Shown piece after piece: positions 23,943-37,200 of a stretch of 64,000 nucleotides of DNA. The notes beneath the pieces were generated by a model. The model saw only the letters and a list, made by a program, of their open reading frames with translations. It searched no databases and was not told where the DNA came from. Position 1 is the first letter of the stretch, and every line of letters begins with the position of its first letter. Position numbers and translations under genes: made by a program. Source of the stretch: Okamejei kenojei (lineage: Eukaryota); NCBI GenBank assembly GCA_035221665.1, contig CM069145.1, forward strand, positions 5,022,001 to 5,086,000, in the 5' to 3' direction.

Positions 23943-26900
23943 GTAAGGATCCTTATCAGTTGCCCACAGAAGGTTCTGCTAGTAGAGAATACCAATTTCT
24001 CAAGAAGCTCGTCCTTTCCCAAGGTTTGTGTTTACAGAAGCCTGAACCTTCACAAGAAATACATCCCCTCTCACCATTGTCAATATCTTTTGCTTGGGCA
24101 CAACAGGAAGCAGCTTGGATGCAGTTTGAATGCTGGCCTCCAATTTCCCGATTACCCAGCCCTTCTACAGAACCCAAATTTCAAATCTTTCATTTACTCT
24201 GAACCCAAATTAATCTTTACTTAATAAAATGCATAAAATATTCCATTATTAACTAGGATATTATCATTCCCTCCTATTTATCATATGAATGATAACACTA
24301 CAGTCCTTGGTTAGTACATAGCAAAAGCTTCAGGCATTTCAATACTTAGATTAACACAACAATCAACAGTACAATAAATCCATAGTCCCCATATTCCACC
24401 AAACATACTAAATGGCCACCATTCTCCACCTTTATTAACATTATGCATCCCTTCTCCAACCTCTGTAATCTTTTTAATTTCTCTGGTGATATGTGCTGCT
24501 AAATCTGCAATCTTAGAGGATTCATCGAGAATGTAAGTGCAGCATTCACACCCTATAGTAGCACAAGTCCCTCCTATTATCCTATATACGACAAAGTGCA
24601 ACCATTTCAGCCATAATGGATGAAAGGGCCTTTTACTTGTAGGTAAAGATGTCCACCATGTAATTAAACAATTTCTCCAATCCAGGGGACATATTAATCA
24701 ATTCCCATGATAGACAGGCCGTCCCATACAGTGGGAAAGCAATCATCCAGAATTGCTCTGACTGATATACTTCACTTTAGCCCTCATCGGGAATATACAA
24801 TTCAGTTAGATGTTACACAGTTCTCACGTGAGGGACAGCAAAGGCCAAATAACAACATCCCCTTCAGTTGTAGGTTGACGAAATCAACCTTTCCCAGTTC
24901 TTCTCATCCCCAGGTACATACCAGGTAACCATGGGTATGCCCGGAATCCACATACAAAATACGTCCCATTTATGGGACTCAGTGGCCATTAGCACTAACC
25001 TTGGTGCAGGTGGTGTTCCTCAGGTAGAATTAACTGGGCTCTGGGGCAATTCACTAATTTAAGCCATGGTATTTCCCAAACCTTGGTCTCATTTACCTTC
25101 CATCCTGTCTTAAAAGAGGCCACATACCATTCTTTAAATATGGGTCCTTGACTTTGCCATTCTGAAGGCACCCATTTGTTGCTTTTTTATTGCGAAAACA
25201 GTGCAAGGCCAGAATCTCAGTAAGGTTAAGGAGCATTGTTATGAGAGGTATTCCTTCCCCACCATTATATGGGAACTGCGTACACAACCAGCATACACTT
25301 ATTACGAAGGGCAAATTCAAAACTCATAAACCAAAACAGTTTATTTCCCCAAGGCCAGTCCATATGGGCCAACCCCAGAATATAAAAGAGGGTCAAAGCC
25401 CCATTGTCCTTTCTTGGGTTCTCCGTAAAGTCAATCAGATGTATCCTCTTCACTGCAATTGATGTTGTTGGCAGCATCTGCTACAATCCCTTCCAACAGC
25501 GTCCCAATTTCTTCTGATCCCAGTACCATATCAGTACGTAGTCCTGATAGCATAGACTCGTCCCTGTGTTCAACGGGTAGTGGCTTCTGTGACTCTTATA
25601 CCTGGGAATGCAGACCTGGAAAGGCATGGGTCAATTGCTGTGCATACGTAATTAATTCATCGCTGAGGACCTGTAGGTAAGTTCATAATTTCACAGTTTA
25701 TCCTGTTATCAATTCAAAAAGTTTTAAACCTGTCTCTCTAGCTGGGGTTGTTCTGAAACATCAAAATAGCTGAACACCTTAACCCATTCCTGGCCAGTCT
25801 CAGTCAAGACTTCACAAACTTTTTAGTGTCCTATTCATTCCCTCCACAAATCCAAAACTCTGCAATTAGTGGAAGATATGAAATCACTCTTTAACTACTG
25901 ACAAGGCAGAGTCCCCTTCATCACCTTTTCTGTGAAACATTTACCCTGATCAATCTAAAGAGGAACCCCTCACCTAAATATTATCTCTTTGATTCCTTAT
26001 CACAATTCTAGCTGTTCTATCTTAGCATGGAAATACCGTTACCCAGTAAGTAAAGCAATCAATCAGTGCTAAATAGTACCCTTTATTTGATGACTAGAGG
26101 AAGGGTCCTGTGAAAATTATCTATCTATGTTGATCTGCAGGCTACACTCGTTTTCCATTTGGCACTGCAATTATCTCAAACTGCCCCTAACTTCCCTGCT
26201 TCTAAGTCACACTATACTATGGGGAGAGTGTAAGTTATAATCCCCCTCAGTGTGTTGGGCTCTAAGATTTCCATTGCCCATGTTACATATCTGTGCATTT
26301 AAGCACACCAGTGCAGCCAAGCTAACTTTGGACTTTGCCTCATGGAACAGCAAGCAACTGTTCTCATTCTGTCTTCATAGTCTGTTACTACCACTGAAGT
26401 ACCCTTCTTTCATTACCACAGCACAAATGGTAGAGTTTAGTCAAATATGAGATTCCCAGTGCTGGGAAGGGGGTCAGGGATAGTTTATACATTTTTTTCT
26501 TCAATTGTCCAAATATATTTCTTCTTCCCCAATCTACTCTATCTCTCAACATTTACTCCCCATAATGATTTCTCTCAAGCTACGGTAATCAACTAGCACA
26601 AAATACAGGCTTCCTTCCACACCTTTAAGACAGGAAACAGGAAACCTGGCTCCTCATTTGCATTCTAAGAGACAAAAAATCTTTATTTTCACCACATTAC
26701 AAAGAACATTATTTAAGATATTCTGAATGTACTTTGTACATTTATGTATTTTTCATTCACTTTGCCCCTGGCTATCTTCAGCCAAATAATCCACTTTTTT
26801 TTTAAAAACCAGGACGTTAGCTTCATTATTCAACTACAAGGACACCCAGATCCCCTTGCAGAGTTACATTCCAAAGTTTAAATACTCTTATTTTCTACTC

Positions 26901-28600
26901 TTCCTCCCTAAATGAAAATATATATTCCTACATTATGCTCCAACTGCCAAATTCTGTTTCAGTCAACCTACACTCTACAATTTTATGGCATCACCACTTG
27001 CTAACCAATTTGACTAAAAAAAAAGTCTTGCTCCTTTATATAAAATCCAAATTAATTACATGGATGATCAATAACTGATATGCTAGCACTCTCTCTTTTG
27101 GCATGTGGCATTCTAGAAACGTGAAGCCAGTCCCTTTAAGACTAAAGGATAGGCCATTTAAGACTGAGATATTGGCTTATCCAATCTCATCTAACACATG
27201 GAGTGTGGCATGCAAGTCTTCTTTTGAACTTAATTCAAAAGATAAGAAAATGGGAAAAAAACACTTAAAATACCAATGACAAAACAACAAACTTGCATTT
27301 TTCATCTCTCCTCCATTGAAAGTTAAGATAAAATAAAGAATGAACTTAATTTTCATAGATTGCTAACATATTTGCAAAGAACAAATAACTTTGTGTGGCT
27401 CCACCTCCACACAACAACTGACTTCTTAAAGTGACACACGCTACATAAAAGAGCAAGCTCATTCAATATCCTATTTGATCTGAAGTGTAGGATTAAATCA
27501 GCATTCATCCAACGCTTTCACAAACACGTAACAATCGTTAAATTTACTTATTTTATACTTTTTTTCCTGTGTCATTCACTCACAGGTTGCCACACATACA
27601 ATATGCTACATCTCACAGATATTCACACTTTAAACAATAAAATTATCACTCAAAAGTAAAACACAGTAATACAAACCTCGAGGAAATCATTCTAACTCTT
27701 AAAACGTTGGTACACCCAAATACATTCATAAGCTTGCCTCCCATTTCACACATTTACTAAATTTGCATGGAATTTTCACTGAGGAAACTGGGCATCACAA
27801 TTAGGTTTTTAAATTGTACGGTGTATCTCTATTGTTTTTCCTTCTTACCAGCATGCGTAAGGGAGTGCACATAAAATAAAATAACAGACAGAAAAACACA
27901 AATTACACAAATTTGTCCAAAAGGGTTGTGATCCCGAGTCCCGCAGTGGAATCAATGGCACTGGCCTTCTATTCCATAATTATTTTCCCTATTCAAAGGC
28001 GTCACTTTGCAATTTCTAAACCTTCCCTTGTCTGACAAGTCCGTTCTGTTTATTAGATTCTTTAATTCTTTTTGGACCAGAATTTACAAGCTGCCATGTG
28101 GTCAGTACTATTAGCTCTGGCATTCTCCTGGGAGACTTTGTCATGGCCCTTCATATGGGTATTGCACTCAATAATGGCTAGATGGACTGGGAAGGCTGAG
28201 GCTAGTGTAGTTGTCAGCGTTGTCTTCAAGTTGTGAAAATCGTCTTCTTGTTGGAAAGAGAGTTAAAATTAATAAGAATTAACCAAGCCCACAAAAACCT
28301 TCATCTGCTAAGAATGGGCAGGCTGGTGTGATTCACAATGGGATGGTCCAATTCCCTGTCAATCAGGATCCTGGGCACACCCCACTCACTCACAAACTCT
28401 CTCCGTCTTTCTCTCCAGCAGAGACGAGCTCTTTGCCAAAAGCAATTCATAGTTCTAAGGCATGTTTGTTTTAAACAGTGTAGGCTGTAGGCTGTTGGCT
28501 TGTGAGTTAAAGTTTTTAAGCAGCCTCAATTCTCATGCTTTTTCCTCTTCCAATCGTCTTTAATTTATCTGCTGTTTTCTCTCTCTGGTCATCTGCGTTG
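23943..28600 (-). mobile_element. Old, heavily degenerate class I ERV relic (env, IN, pol, gag traces); boundaries approximate
   Basis: Env TM GGTCATIGCECCTYI (CX6CC) near 24560; SU VCWLCTQFP near 25290; integrase-like fragments 25700-26150; many stops. Confidence 0.7.
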
Positions 28601-30405
28601 TTTACATATCTTAAGTACTTTGTGATGAATGTTTTTTGCCTCCACTATCATTTTGGGCAATGAGTTACAGGATTCCATCATCATCTAGGTGAGGTGAGAA
28701 AGAAACTAATAAAATATCCCAAGAGTTGTCAACTTGAAGTCCCGAGCGTGCATATCTCTGAATATCTGCTTGTATCCAGCACATTAACGCCGTCTGTTTT
28801 TCAATGCCTCTACGTTCTTAGTCAATTGAGATTTGGTATGTAAACATACTCTTGAACCTCTGCAGATGTACAGTGGAGAGCAATTTGACTGGTTGTATCA
28901 CTGCGTGGTTCAGCAACTCAAATATCCAGGAATGAAGGAGATGACAAAAAGTGGTGAATACTGGTCATCCCAGCAACGAAGGGATCTATAGTATCAGCCA
29001 GCATCTGCAGCTCTTTGTTTCCACATATGGTATAATGTTGCAGCAGTTAAGCTCGTGATACTCACTCAAGGTAATAGCAACCCCAGTAGCCTTAAGGCAA
29101 CACATAACTTCATCCTAATGCTCATACCATACTTTGAAAGGTGGGCAATACTGTACAAAAGTGAACATTTTCAAAGAACATACATTTAAGTGTGTGAAAT
29201 GTTTATAACTCTTGGAGTCCTCGGTGCAGGAATGTTTTGTGCTTCCGGAACATCTCTTGATCCTGGTGATGCTGATTAGTAGCTTTCCCAGAGCTTCCCA
29301 TAGCTTGAGTTCCCTGCTTCACATCACTTTGAATTGGCAACTATTCTTCATGACCATTGTCATAGAACCATAAGACATCTTTCTCTCATGCTCCTCCGTT
29401 TCATTCTCTTTAATGCCTTGTGCGGATGCTGTTGCTCCACAAACATTCTTGTACCTGTCATAGTTTTGGCCCTAAGCACATCTCTGACAAATCCAAGATT
29501 CTACTTTGATAGTTGCACCTACAGAAGAACAAGCACTTTCACCTAACCTCCGAAATAGAATCTTCCTTCTAGTCTCTTGATCATCCCCGATCCTCTATCC
29601 TCCCCAGATTGTTCTGTACAAGAGTCCAGCTCATTCTGAGAAAACACGTTCTGGTGTTGGAATGAAGAGATGGTTCATGCATCATAAGAAACATTGCCAT
29701 CCACTGGTCTTCAGTTGGGTTGACTTGATTGTCCAACAGCTATTTTTCAATGTGTAGGAAGGTAAACTGCAGATGCTAGTTTAAACCAAAGACATACAAA
29801 AGGTTGGGGTAACTCAGTGAGTCACTGGAGGGAATATATAACGTTTCAGGTCGAGACCCTTCTTCAGAGTGAGAGTCAGGGGAAACGGGAGCAAGAGATA
29901 TAGACGAGAGATATAGAGAGATGAACGTTACCAATTCAGGGGTCAGGGGTGTGACTAACCCGGGGGTGTTTGCAGCTGGGGATTCTGATTTGTCTCTGTC
30001 AGTTCGGCCGCCACAGTCTCCAGTCCAGCCCCTGACTTCATCTCTGTTCCATCCACGGCGTCTTTTTCGGTGGTGCGGGGCGGTGTGAATAACCCGGGGG
30101 GGGGGGGGGGGGGGGGGGGTCACTCGAAGTGTGTGGAAAATTATGTGTGTGAGACGGCTCCAAGCCGAGCCAATGGAACATCATCAGTGAAAGCTCGTTG
30201 CTTTAAATTCAAAGTCTTTTGATGTTTTTAAACTTTTTCAGTAATGTCAAAAAATAACGCATAAATGGTTCAGTGAAGGTAATCTCTGCCGAGAGGGGAA
30301 AAATGTGAATCAGAATATGTAAAAATGTTATCGTTCCCGTGCAGTGCTTTTGCAAATATGTAAAGACACACACAAAAACACGTAGATGAGAGTTTTAAAG
30401 TTATA

Positions 30406-32324
30406 CTAGACTAAGTGGGACCCGTTGGGTCCCATTCTCACGCAGGAGGCCTGGTCCCCCAACGCAATATTCCACCTCTCCATCAATTCCAATATTCCAC
30501 CACTCACGCATAGCCCCCAACTGTGCAGACGCGGCTTACCGGTTCCCGTTGTGATGCCCCTGATCCACCACCCCCACTCCACCCCTTGCCCTCCCCCATC
30601 CCCATGCACTCACTCCATCCCCTCTCAAACCCCCCCCCCCCCCACATCCACTCTTAACGGCTCTCCAGCGGCGTAGCCATTCCCTCTGATTGTGATGTAG
30701 AAACTGCAGATATTACTGCGCAGGTGCAGCCGACGGGCAGGGCAAGTGGAAAAGGGATTTATTAAAGTTTAACATGTGAATAACTTAAAATATAACAACA
30801 ATTTAAATGTTAAAGGGGAGATTTATTCAGTCCATTCTTTCTTGTTGCGTCTCTTGTTGAGTTCTGCAGCCGGGGGAGGGGGCCAGTGAGGGGAGCGTCC
30901 TGCAGCCTGGTGTCGGGGCTGGTGGGGGAGGGGGAGTGTCCTGCAGCGGGGGAGGGGGCCAGTGAGGGGAGCATCCTGCAGCCTGGTGAGGGGCATGGCT
31001 TCAGGTATGGCTGTCGGGGCTGGTGGGGGAGGGGGGAGTGTCCTGCAGTCGGGGGAGGGGGCGGCTTCAGGCTGGTGGCCAGTGGTGGGGAGGCTTTCTG
31101 GAGGGCTAGTGTGGGTGTTGTGGACCGAAGGACTGGTTTCCAGAGCGCTAGTATGGACATTGTGGGCCGAGTGGATTCTGGGGCTAGTCCTACAGCTGGG
31201 GATGGGGAGGTTTCAGGTGCAGGCCAGAGGGTGCATTCTGTAGTCAGGGGAGGGGGGCAGCTTCAGGCAAGGGCCTGTGGGGGGGGGGGGGGGGGGGGGG
31301 GAAGCACTGTCGCACTCACTCCTCACTTCCGCAGGATCTCGAGTTTGCAGCAATCGGGCTGGCTCCGCGCTCTGGGCCTCCTCCGCGCACCAGGCAGCTT
31401 CTAGACTCACAGTTCACTGACTCATGGATTCTGGACTGACAGTTCACTGACACGGCTTCTGGACTCACAGTTCACTGACTCACGGCTTCTGGACACAAAG
31501 TTCACTGACCCACGACTTCTGGACTCACAGTTCACTGACTCACGGCTTCTGGACTCACAGTTCACTGACTCACGGCCTCTGTACTCACAGTTCACTGACT
31601 CACAGCTTCTGGACTCACAGTTTACTCAATCACGGCTTCTGGACTCACAGTTCACTCAGTCACGGCTTCTGGACTCACAGTTCACTCACTCATGGCTTCT
31701 GGACACACAGTTCACTCACTCATGGCTCCTGGACTCACAGTTCACTCACTCATGGCTCCTAGACTCACAATTCACTCACTCACGGCTTCTGGACTCACAG
31801 TTCAATCACTCATGATTTCTGGACTCACAGTTCACTCACTCATGGCTTTTGGACACAGTTCACTCACTCACAGCTCCTGGACATACAGTTCACTCACTCA
31901 CAGCTTCTGGACTCAGTTCACTCATTCACGGCTTCTGGGTCACAGTTCACTCACTCACGGCTCCTGGACTCGACTCTCACGGCTTCCGGGCTCTCTGACT
32001 CATGGCCAACTTCTGGACTCATGCCCGGCCTCCGGGGCTTTATTCTCCTCGCCCCCGGTGATTGACAGCGGGTGCTGGAAGGGGCATTACCTTCATGGTG
32101 ACCGACAGGCAAGAAGACCAATCTGCTGATCTCACGATTTTTAAACCTTCATAACTTTTGTAATATTCCACCGATCGGAACAAGACTTGGTGCGCTTGCA
32201 GCAGAGGAGAACTGTGAGTAAGGTGGCGAAAAAATCCTAGTGATATAGGGTACCATTTTTGTGCAAATTTACAAACAACGAAAATCAGAAGAGGACAAGA
32301 TGAGAGTTTTAGTGATAGTATAGA
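30406..32324 (-). mobile_element. Non-autonomous Helitron
   Basis: Minus strand starts A|TC (32324) and ends GGGACCC-AAC-GGGTCCC hairpin + ACTTAGT + CTAG|T (30406); AT target, no TSD; no coding capacity. Confidence 0.8.
31404..31970 (+). repeat. 30-bp minisatellite, about 19 copies, inside the Helitron
   Basis: Unit GGACTCACAGTTCACT(G/C)ACTCACGGCTTCT in register across consecutive lines. Confidence 0.93.
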
Positions 32325-32574
32325 TGATATGATATGATAGATATCATCTACTTCCAAAAAGTCATCAAAAATATAAAAAGTCATTTAAAAATATTATTGA
32401 TTGTATTTTGGAAAAATGAAATTGAATTATTTACAATATGTAAGAAGACACCTTAGACACCAAGTCTTTTGTGATTTCAATCAAACACTAGTTAAGTGAA
32501 TGTCTGAAACTAGATCTTAAGGATTTTAAACTTATTTTTTCTTTTTGTTTCTGGTAGGCTCTTCATTTTACCAG

Positions 32575-33220
32575 TTTACCAAGGAATACAAGTACCATGG
32601 AGTTTAACTGGACAGTAAGCTGGACTGGTCCAGGAACGCTGAGGCCCAGTACAAGAAGCAGCAGAGTCGTCTGTATTTTCTGAGGAGGCTCCGCACTTTC
32701 AACGTCTGCAGTAAGATGCTGCAAATGTTCTACCAATCGGTGGTGACCAGTGCCATCTTCTTCGCTGCCACGTGCTGGGGCAGCAGGGCGAAGGCCACGG
32801 TCACCAACAGAATCAACAAACACATCAGGAAGGCAAACACTGGGGGTGGAGTTGGGTTCATTGGAGGTGGTTTTGGAAGGGAGAAAACTGCGCAGTTTCC
32901 TGGACAATACAGCTCACCCCCTCAATGTCACACTGGCCAACCTAAGGAGCGCCTTCAGCAACAGACTGGTTCCACCAAGATGCAGCACAGAATGCCACAG
33001 GAGATTCTATTTCCCTGTGGCTATCAAATTGTATACACACCTCCTCCTTCTGTCCCCCCACCCCCCCACCCCACCCCCTCAATCTTTGCACATCCCAATC
33101 TTGGATTTTCCACTCGTCACTTTAAATTCATGTTTCATGTATCTTGTTGTGTTTCATGACTGTTCGCAGATCAATTTCCCTCCTGGGATAAATAAAGTTC
33201 TATCGTATCGTATCGTATTC
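32575..33220 (+). mobile_element. Rex1/Babar-like LINE 3' fragment
   Basis: SKLDWSRNAEAQYKKQQSRLYFLRRLRTFNVCSKMLQMFYQSVVTSAIFFAATCWG; ends AATAAAG + (TATCG)n tail; a second, interrupted copy at about 53900-54900. Confidence 0.75.
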
Positions 33221-34267
33221 CATCACATCGTATTCCATCACATTCCATAAAATCTGTCAGAAACATTAGAATTCCTGTTTAAGAAGGAACTGCAGATGCT
33301 GGAAAATCAAAGGTAGACAAAAATGCTGGAGAAGCTCAGCGAGTGAGGCAGCATCTATGGAGTGAATGAAATAGGCATCGTTTTGGGTCTGAAAAAGTGT
33401 TTTGACCCGAAACATTGCCTATTTCCTTCTCTCCATAGATGCTGCCACCCACTGAGTTTCTCCAGCATTTTTGTCTATATTAGAATTCCTGTTACTTCTA
33501 CTTTTTCACATTTCACCAAATGGGACCAGAAAACAATCAATAACCATAAAACTGTCGACTGGGAAGGGAGTGGGATCAGGGAGAATAATTGGAAAGGTTT
33601 GTTTTTGAAAAGGAAAATTCGTTATGATGTGCACATTTGAAATTAAATCCACCGTCTTTTATAATTGACCGACTTTAAAAAGTTAAACCAGATTAATATA
33701 AATTAAATCCTGAACTTCCAAGATTAATTAGAAGAAATTAATAATTTGAATTGGGATTTGGTCAGACCTCTGCTGATTCAACAGATAATGAATTGAGAGA
33801 TAAAGGGATGTTTACATATGGATAACAAGAATAGTGAAAGCATTATAATATCCCCAGTGAGGAATACTTAAGCACCACTCTGCCGTCCTGCAATGAAAAG
33901 TAGAAATAAAATCCAAATGGGTTTAGTGGGATAAATGCAAAGCACCCGTGGGAAGCTTTCGATATTAAAACATTCAAAGCTGCTGCCAAATATACAGGAG
34001 GCTGGAGTCACATCTGCACTTCAGCCAACTTAACTTGAAATGAATATTTATTAAGTCGGCTCGCACACATTGTAAAGTATTTTTTTACATCCATTCAGCC
34101 CAATATCGTTTCCTGGCTACCAAGCCAGGATAATACCCAGCCTTTCAATGTTGTGGGGTGTAGTCTGAAGCAGGCGCAGAAATGGAAAATCTAGCCAGGG
34201 GAGCAATTGAGGGAGAATGCAATATTTGAGAACAAGACCTGAAAAAAAACTGGAGGCATGATTTAAG

Positions 34268-37200
34268 AATAGTAAGATTAAACGAGAACTTACCAGTTTG
34301 AAGTTTGATCTTTATTTTATGAGGAGTCGAGTTGAGGGACTACGTGAATAGAAGCCCGTACAGCCGTTGGTGCGTCAATCTTCAAAGCAGCGGAATGAAT
34401 TCACAGCTAACAATGACTGAAGTATAATGGTAAGATGATAAAACTAGAACTACCAGATGAGATCTATGAGGGTGGGAGCGGAGGGCACGTAGTCCCTCAA
34501 CTCGACTCCTCATAAAATAAAGATCAAACTTCAAACTGGTAAGTTCTCATTTAATCTTACTATTTTACTTCGGAGTCACGTGAGTGACTACGTGAAGACT
34601 TCAAAGCACTGTGAATTCACGCCGCAGACCCAAATCTGACATTCACACAGCCAGCCTGGATTGACTCAAAAGATCGTTAACAATCAATCATGCATCAGTA
34701 ACAACATTTGTTAAATGAATAACAGTTTATTTACAAAACAAATCATTAACAAACCTCTAACTCAGGGGGAAAAGTGTAACAGTACTCAAAACAGAATCAC
34801 AAACACCCGAGCCTTGAATTGGCTTGTGATAAAAACCTCTGAAAAGTTAGCTCACTGGACCATCCTGCGACCGCGAGGATATGGCCTTTTGGCACGTCCA
34901 TTCGCCCTTAGCGGAGGTTGATGCCGCCCTGGTGGAATGAAGTTTGAATTGTATCTGTATCAATTCCAGCACCTTGCCAGACCTTTTAGTAGCCACCTTG
35001 AAATTGTTTTGCACCGACACCGTCCTACTGTGTGGTTTTTTGTGATTAATAAATCAAAGACGAGCTCTGTTCCCGTCTCAGAGTTTTATAATTCTATGTT
35101 AACGAGATAAAATGTGAGACTACACACAAGCGATCATCTGCGGGGTATGCTGAAAACACAATATACATCCTGTTTCATGCCTCTTCTAGTTATGTTTTAG
35201 GCAAATCATTGACATAAATATAAATGGCATCGTCGACACATGCATTCTATCTAGCCGTAGCTTTTGCAACGTTTGTATTCGTTGAGCTGAATCTAGCCAT
35301 AAGCATGGCACCTTATAGTTAATTTGGCTACTGATAGGCTTGTAACCGGTGGCCCACTGGCGAAGAACCATAATGAACCTCACTCACAATTACAAATACT
35401 GGCATACCTGGGTTTAGGAGGATTAATTGAAATACTCCCTTCATGATCTGTAAATCTAACGGATGGTCTCACTACTGTATTGATAATTCTGCATTCAAGG
35501 GTACATAAGAAGACAGAGCACTTCTGGCTGAATTAATGCACTGTAACTTAATTTTTTGGTCGAATAAAGAGTTGACAAAAAACTCAATACGTCGTGATCC
35601 TGCAGTGTGATATTCAATATCTGCTGTAGGCTGAATTGCTTCCCCACATCTTATTTGGTGATATATTTGCTGCTGTGTACTATCCCTTGCGGCCGAACGT
35701 GAGAATATCCACAGTCCGATGTGACAGCCCTCTCCCAGGTATGCCTCCTTAATAAATCTGCAAATTAACAGATCAATACGATCATGTAAAGGATGTTGAT
35801 CCCAGTGACTGGGATTTACCTGTAGATTTTTTAGTCTCTTGGGAAATAATCATGCATGGCTCCCTACCATTTTGTAAATACATCGGGGAATCCATTGATT
35901 GTGTATGGACAATCTGGCACTACAAGAACCGCCTGAAGCGGAAGTCCTCCTTGATCTTTTGCAACATCTGCTGATGAAAATGGAGGAAATAATACACATT
36001 CCTCCCCAATGCTGCGAATACGCATCAATGCTACAAGCCTCATGATCTGGTTCCCATGAAACATTAACTAGGTAACTGATGATTTAATGCGAGATGCAAA
36101 AAGTTCAATATCTGGCAATCCATCTGAACAATCATTTGGTTAATAATCCTGATTTAACATCCATTCAATGTTGTCATTTAACTGACTTGTGACCTAGTGT
36201 CAGCTACAGTGTGTTGATTTCCTGGCAAATAAAGTGCTGAAAGCCAGTTGTTTTGGTCAATACACCAGCTCTAATTCTGGTAGGCAGTCTATCAAGACTG
36301 TGGGATTAACTCCACCCATGTGGTTTACTATGGCCACTGCTGTGGTGTTGTCAATCGACCTGCCAGCAACGGCCCTCCTTATAGGTACAATAAGCTTTGA
36401 GGCTTACCAGGTTGCCAACACTCTAAATAATCTAATCTCTTAATTGAAGGAAGCGTTTGTCTCATTCCACATTTCCATCTGCCGTCCACAACTACTAATA
36501 TATCTCTGTTGCCACCCCAACCAGTGCACTTACATCAGTCTGTAAATACAGTGACGATGGTTCCACCAAAACCTTCCTAAAACTTTTTGGAAAAACTTGT
36601 ATTTCCCACCATTGTATGTCAGCAGTCGCCCCAGCTGACAACTGCATTCTGGCCTATCAAAAATGGCCCCTTTGTATTTCTCATTGCCTGTTCCTTTGAT
36701 AGTTGTAATTTGTTGAGAATGCAGAGGTTCATTACTGCACAGCTGGAAAGGCTGCACAAAATTCCAATTAACCTGGCTACTTGTCTAATCGAAGGCCGTT
36801 GTTCTCCAACGAGGATAACACAGTCCTTCAATTAAACGATTTAATTATCCTGGGCAATGTTACCCAAATGTGATTGGGAATTAAGGTAAATCCCTGATAA
36901 TCAATTAATTTGGACTGGTGATAATTTTGATTTACTCTGGGTGATTATCATATCCCATTTGTTCAAAAAGTGATTTAACAAACAAATAAATAAACTGAAA
37001 ATGATGATTGAGTTTCAGATGAGTCTTCAACAAATCAGGAATAAGATCCATCTAGTAGGCCCCATTACCCACATGCCACTGAGCTCTAAGTAATTGCTAA
37101 CACAGGTTTTTTATCAATTTAGTAAATTATCTAGGAGCTGAAGTTAATCCATTCGGCAATGCCTGAATTGCCACAGCTGAGTCATCCAAATAAATTTTCA

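Noticed and set aside
23554-28600. Treating the 23554 LTR as the 3' LTR of the old ERV at 23943-28600
   Set aside because: The LTR pair is only about 4% diverged while the relic is far more decayed, and unrelated sequence separates them at 23898-23942.
31404-31970. CRISPR-like regular array
   Set aside because: Units are head-to-tail with no unique spacers, no cas genes, eukaryotic context; it is a minisatellite.
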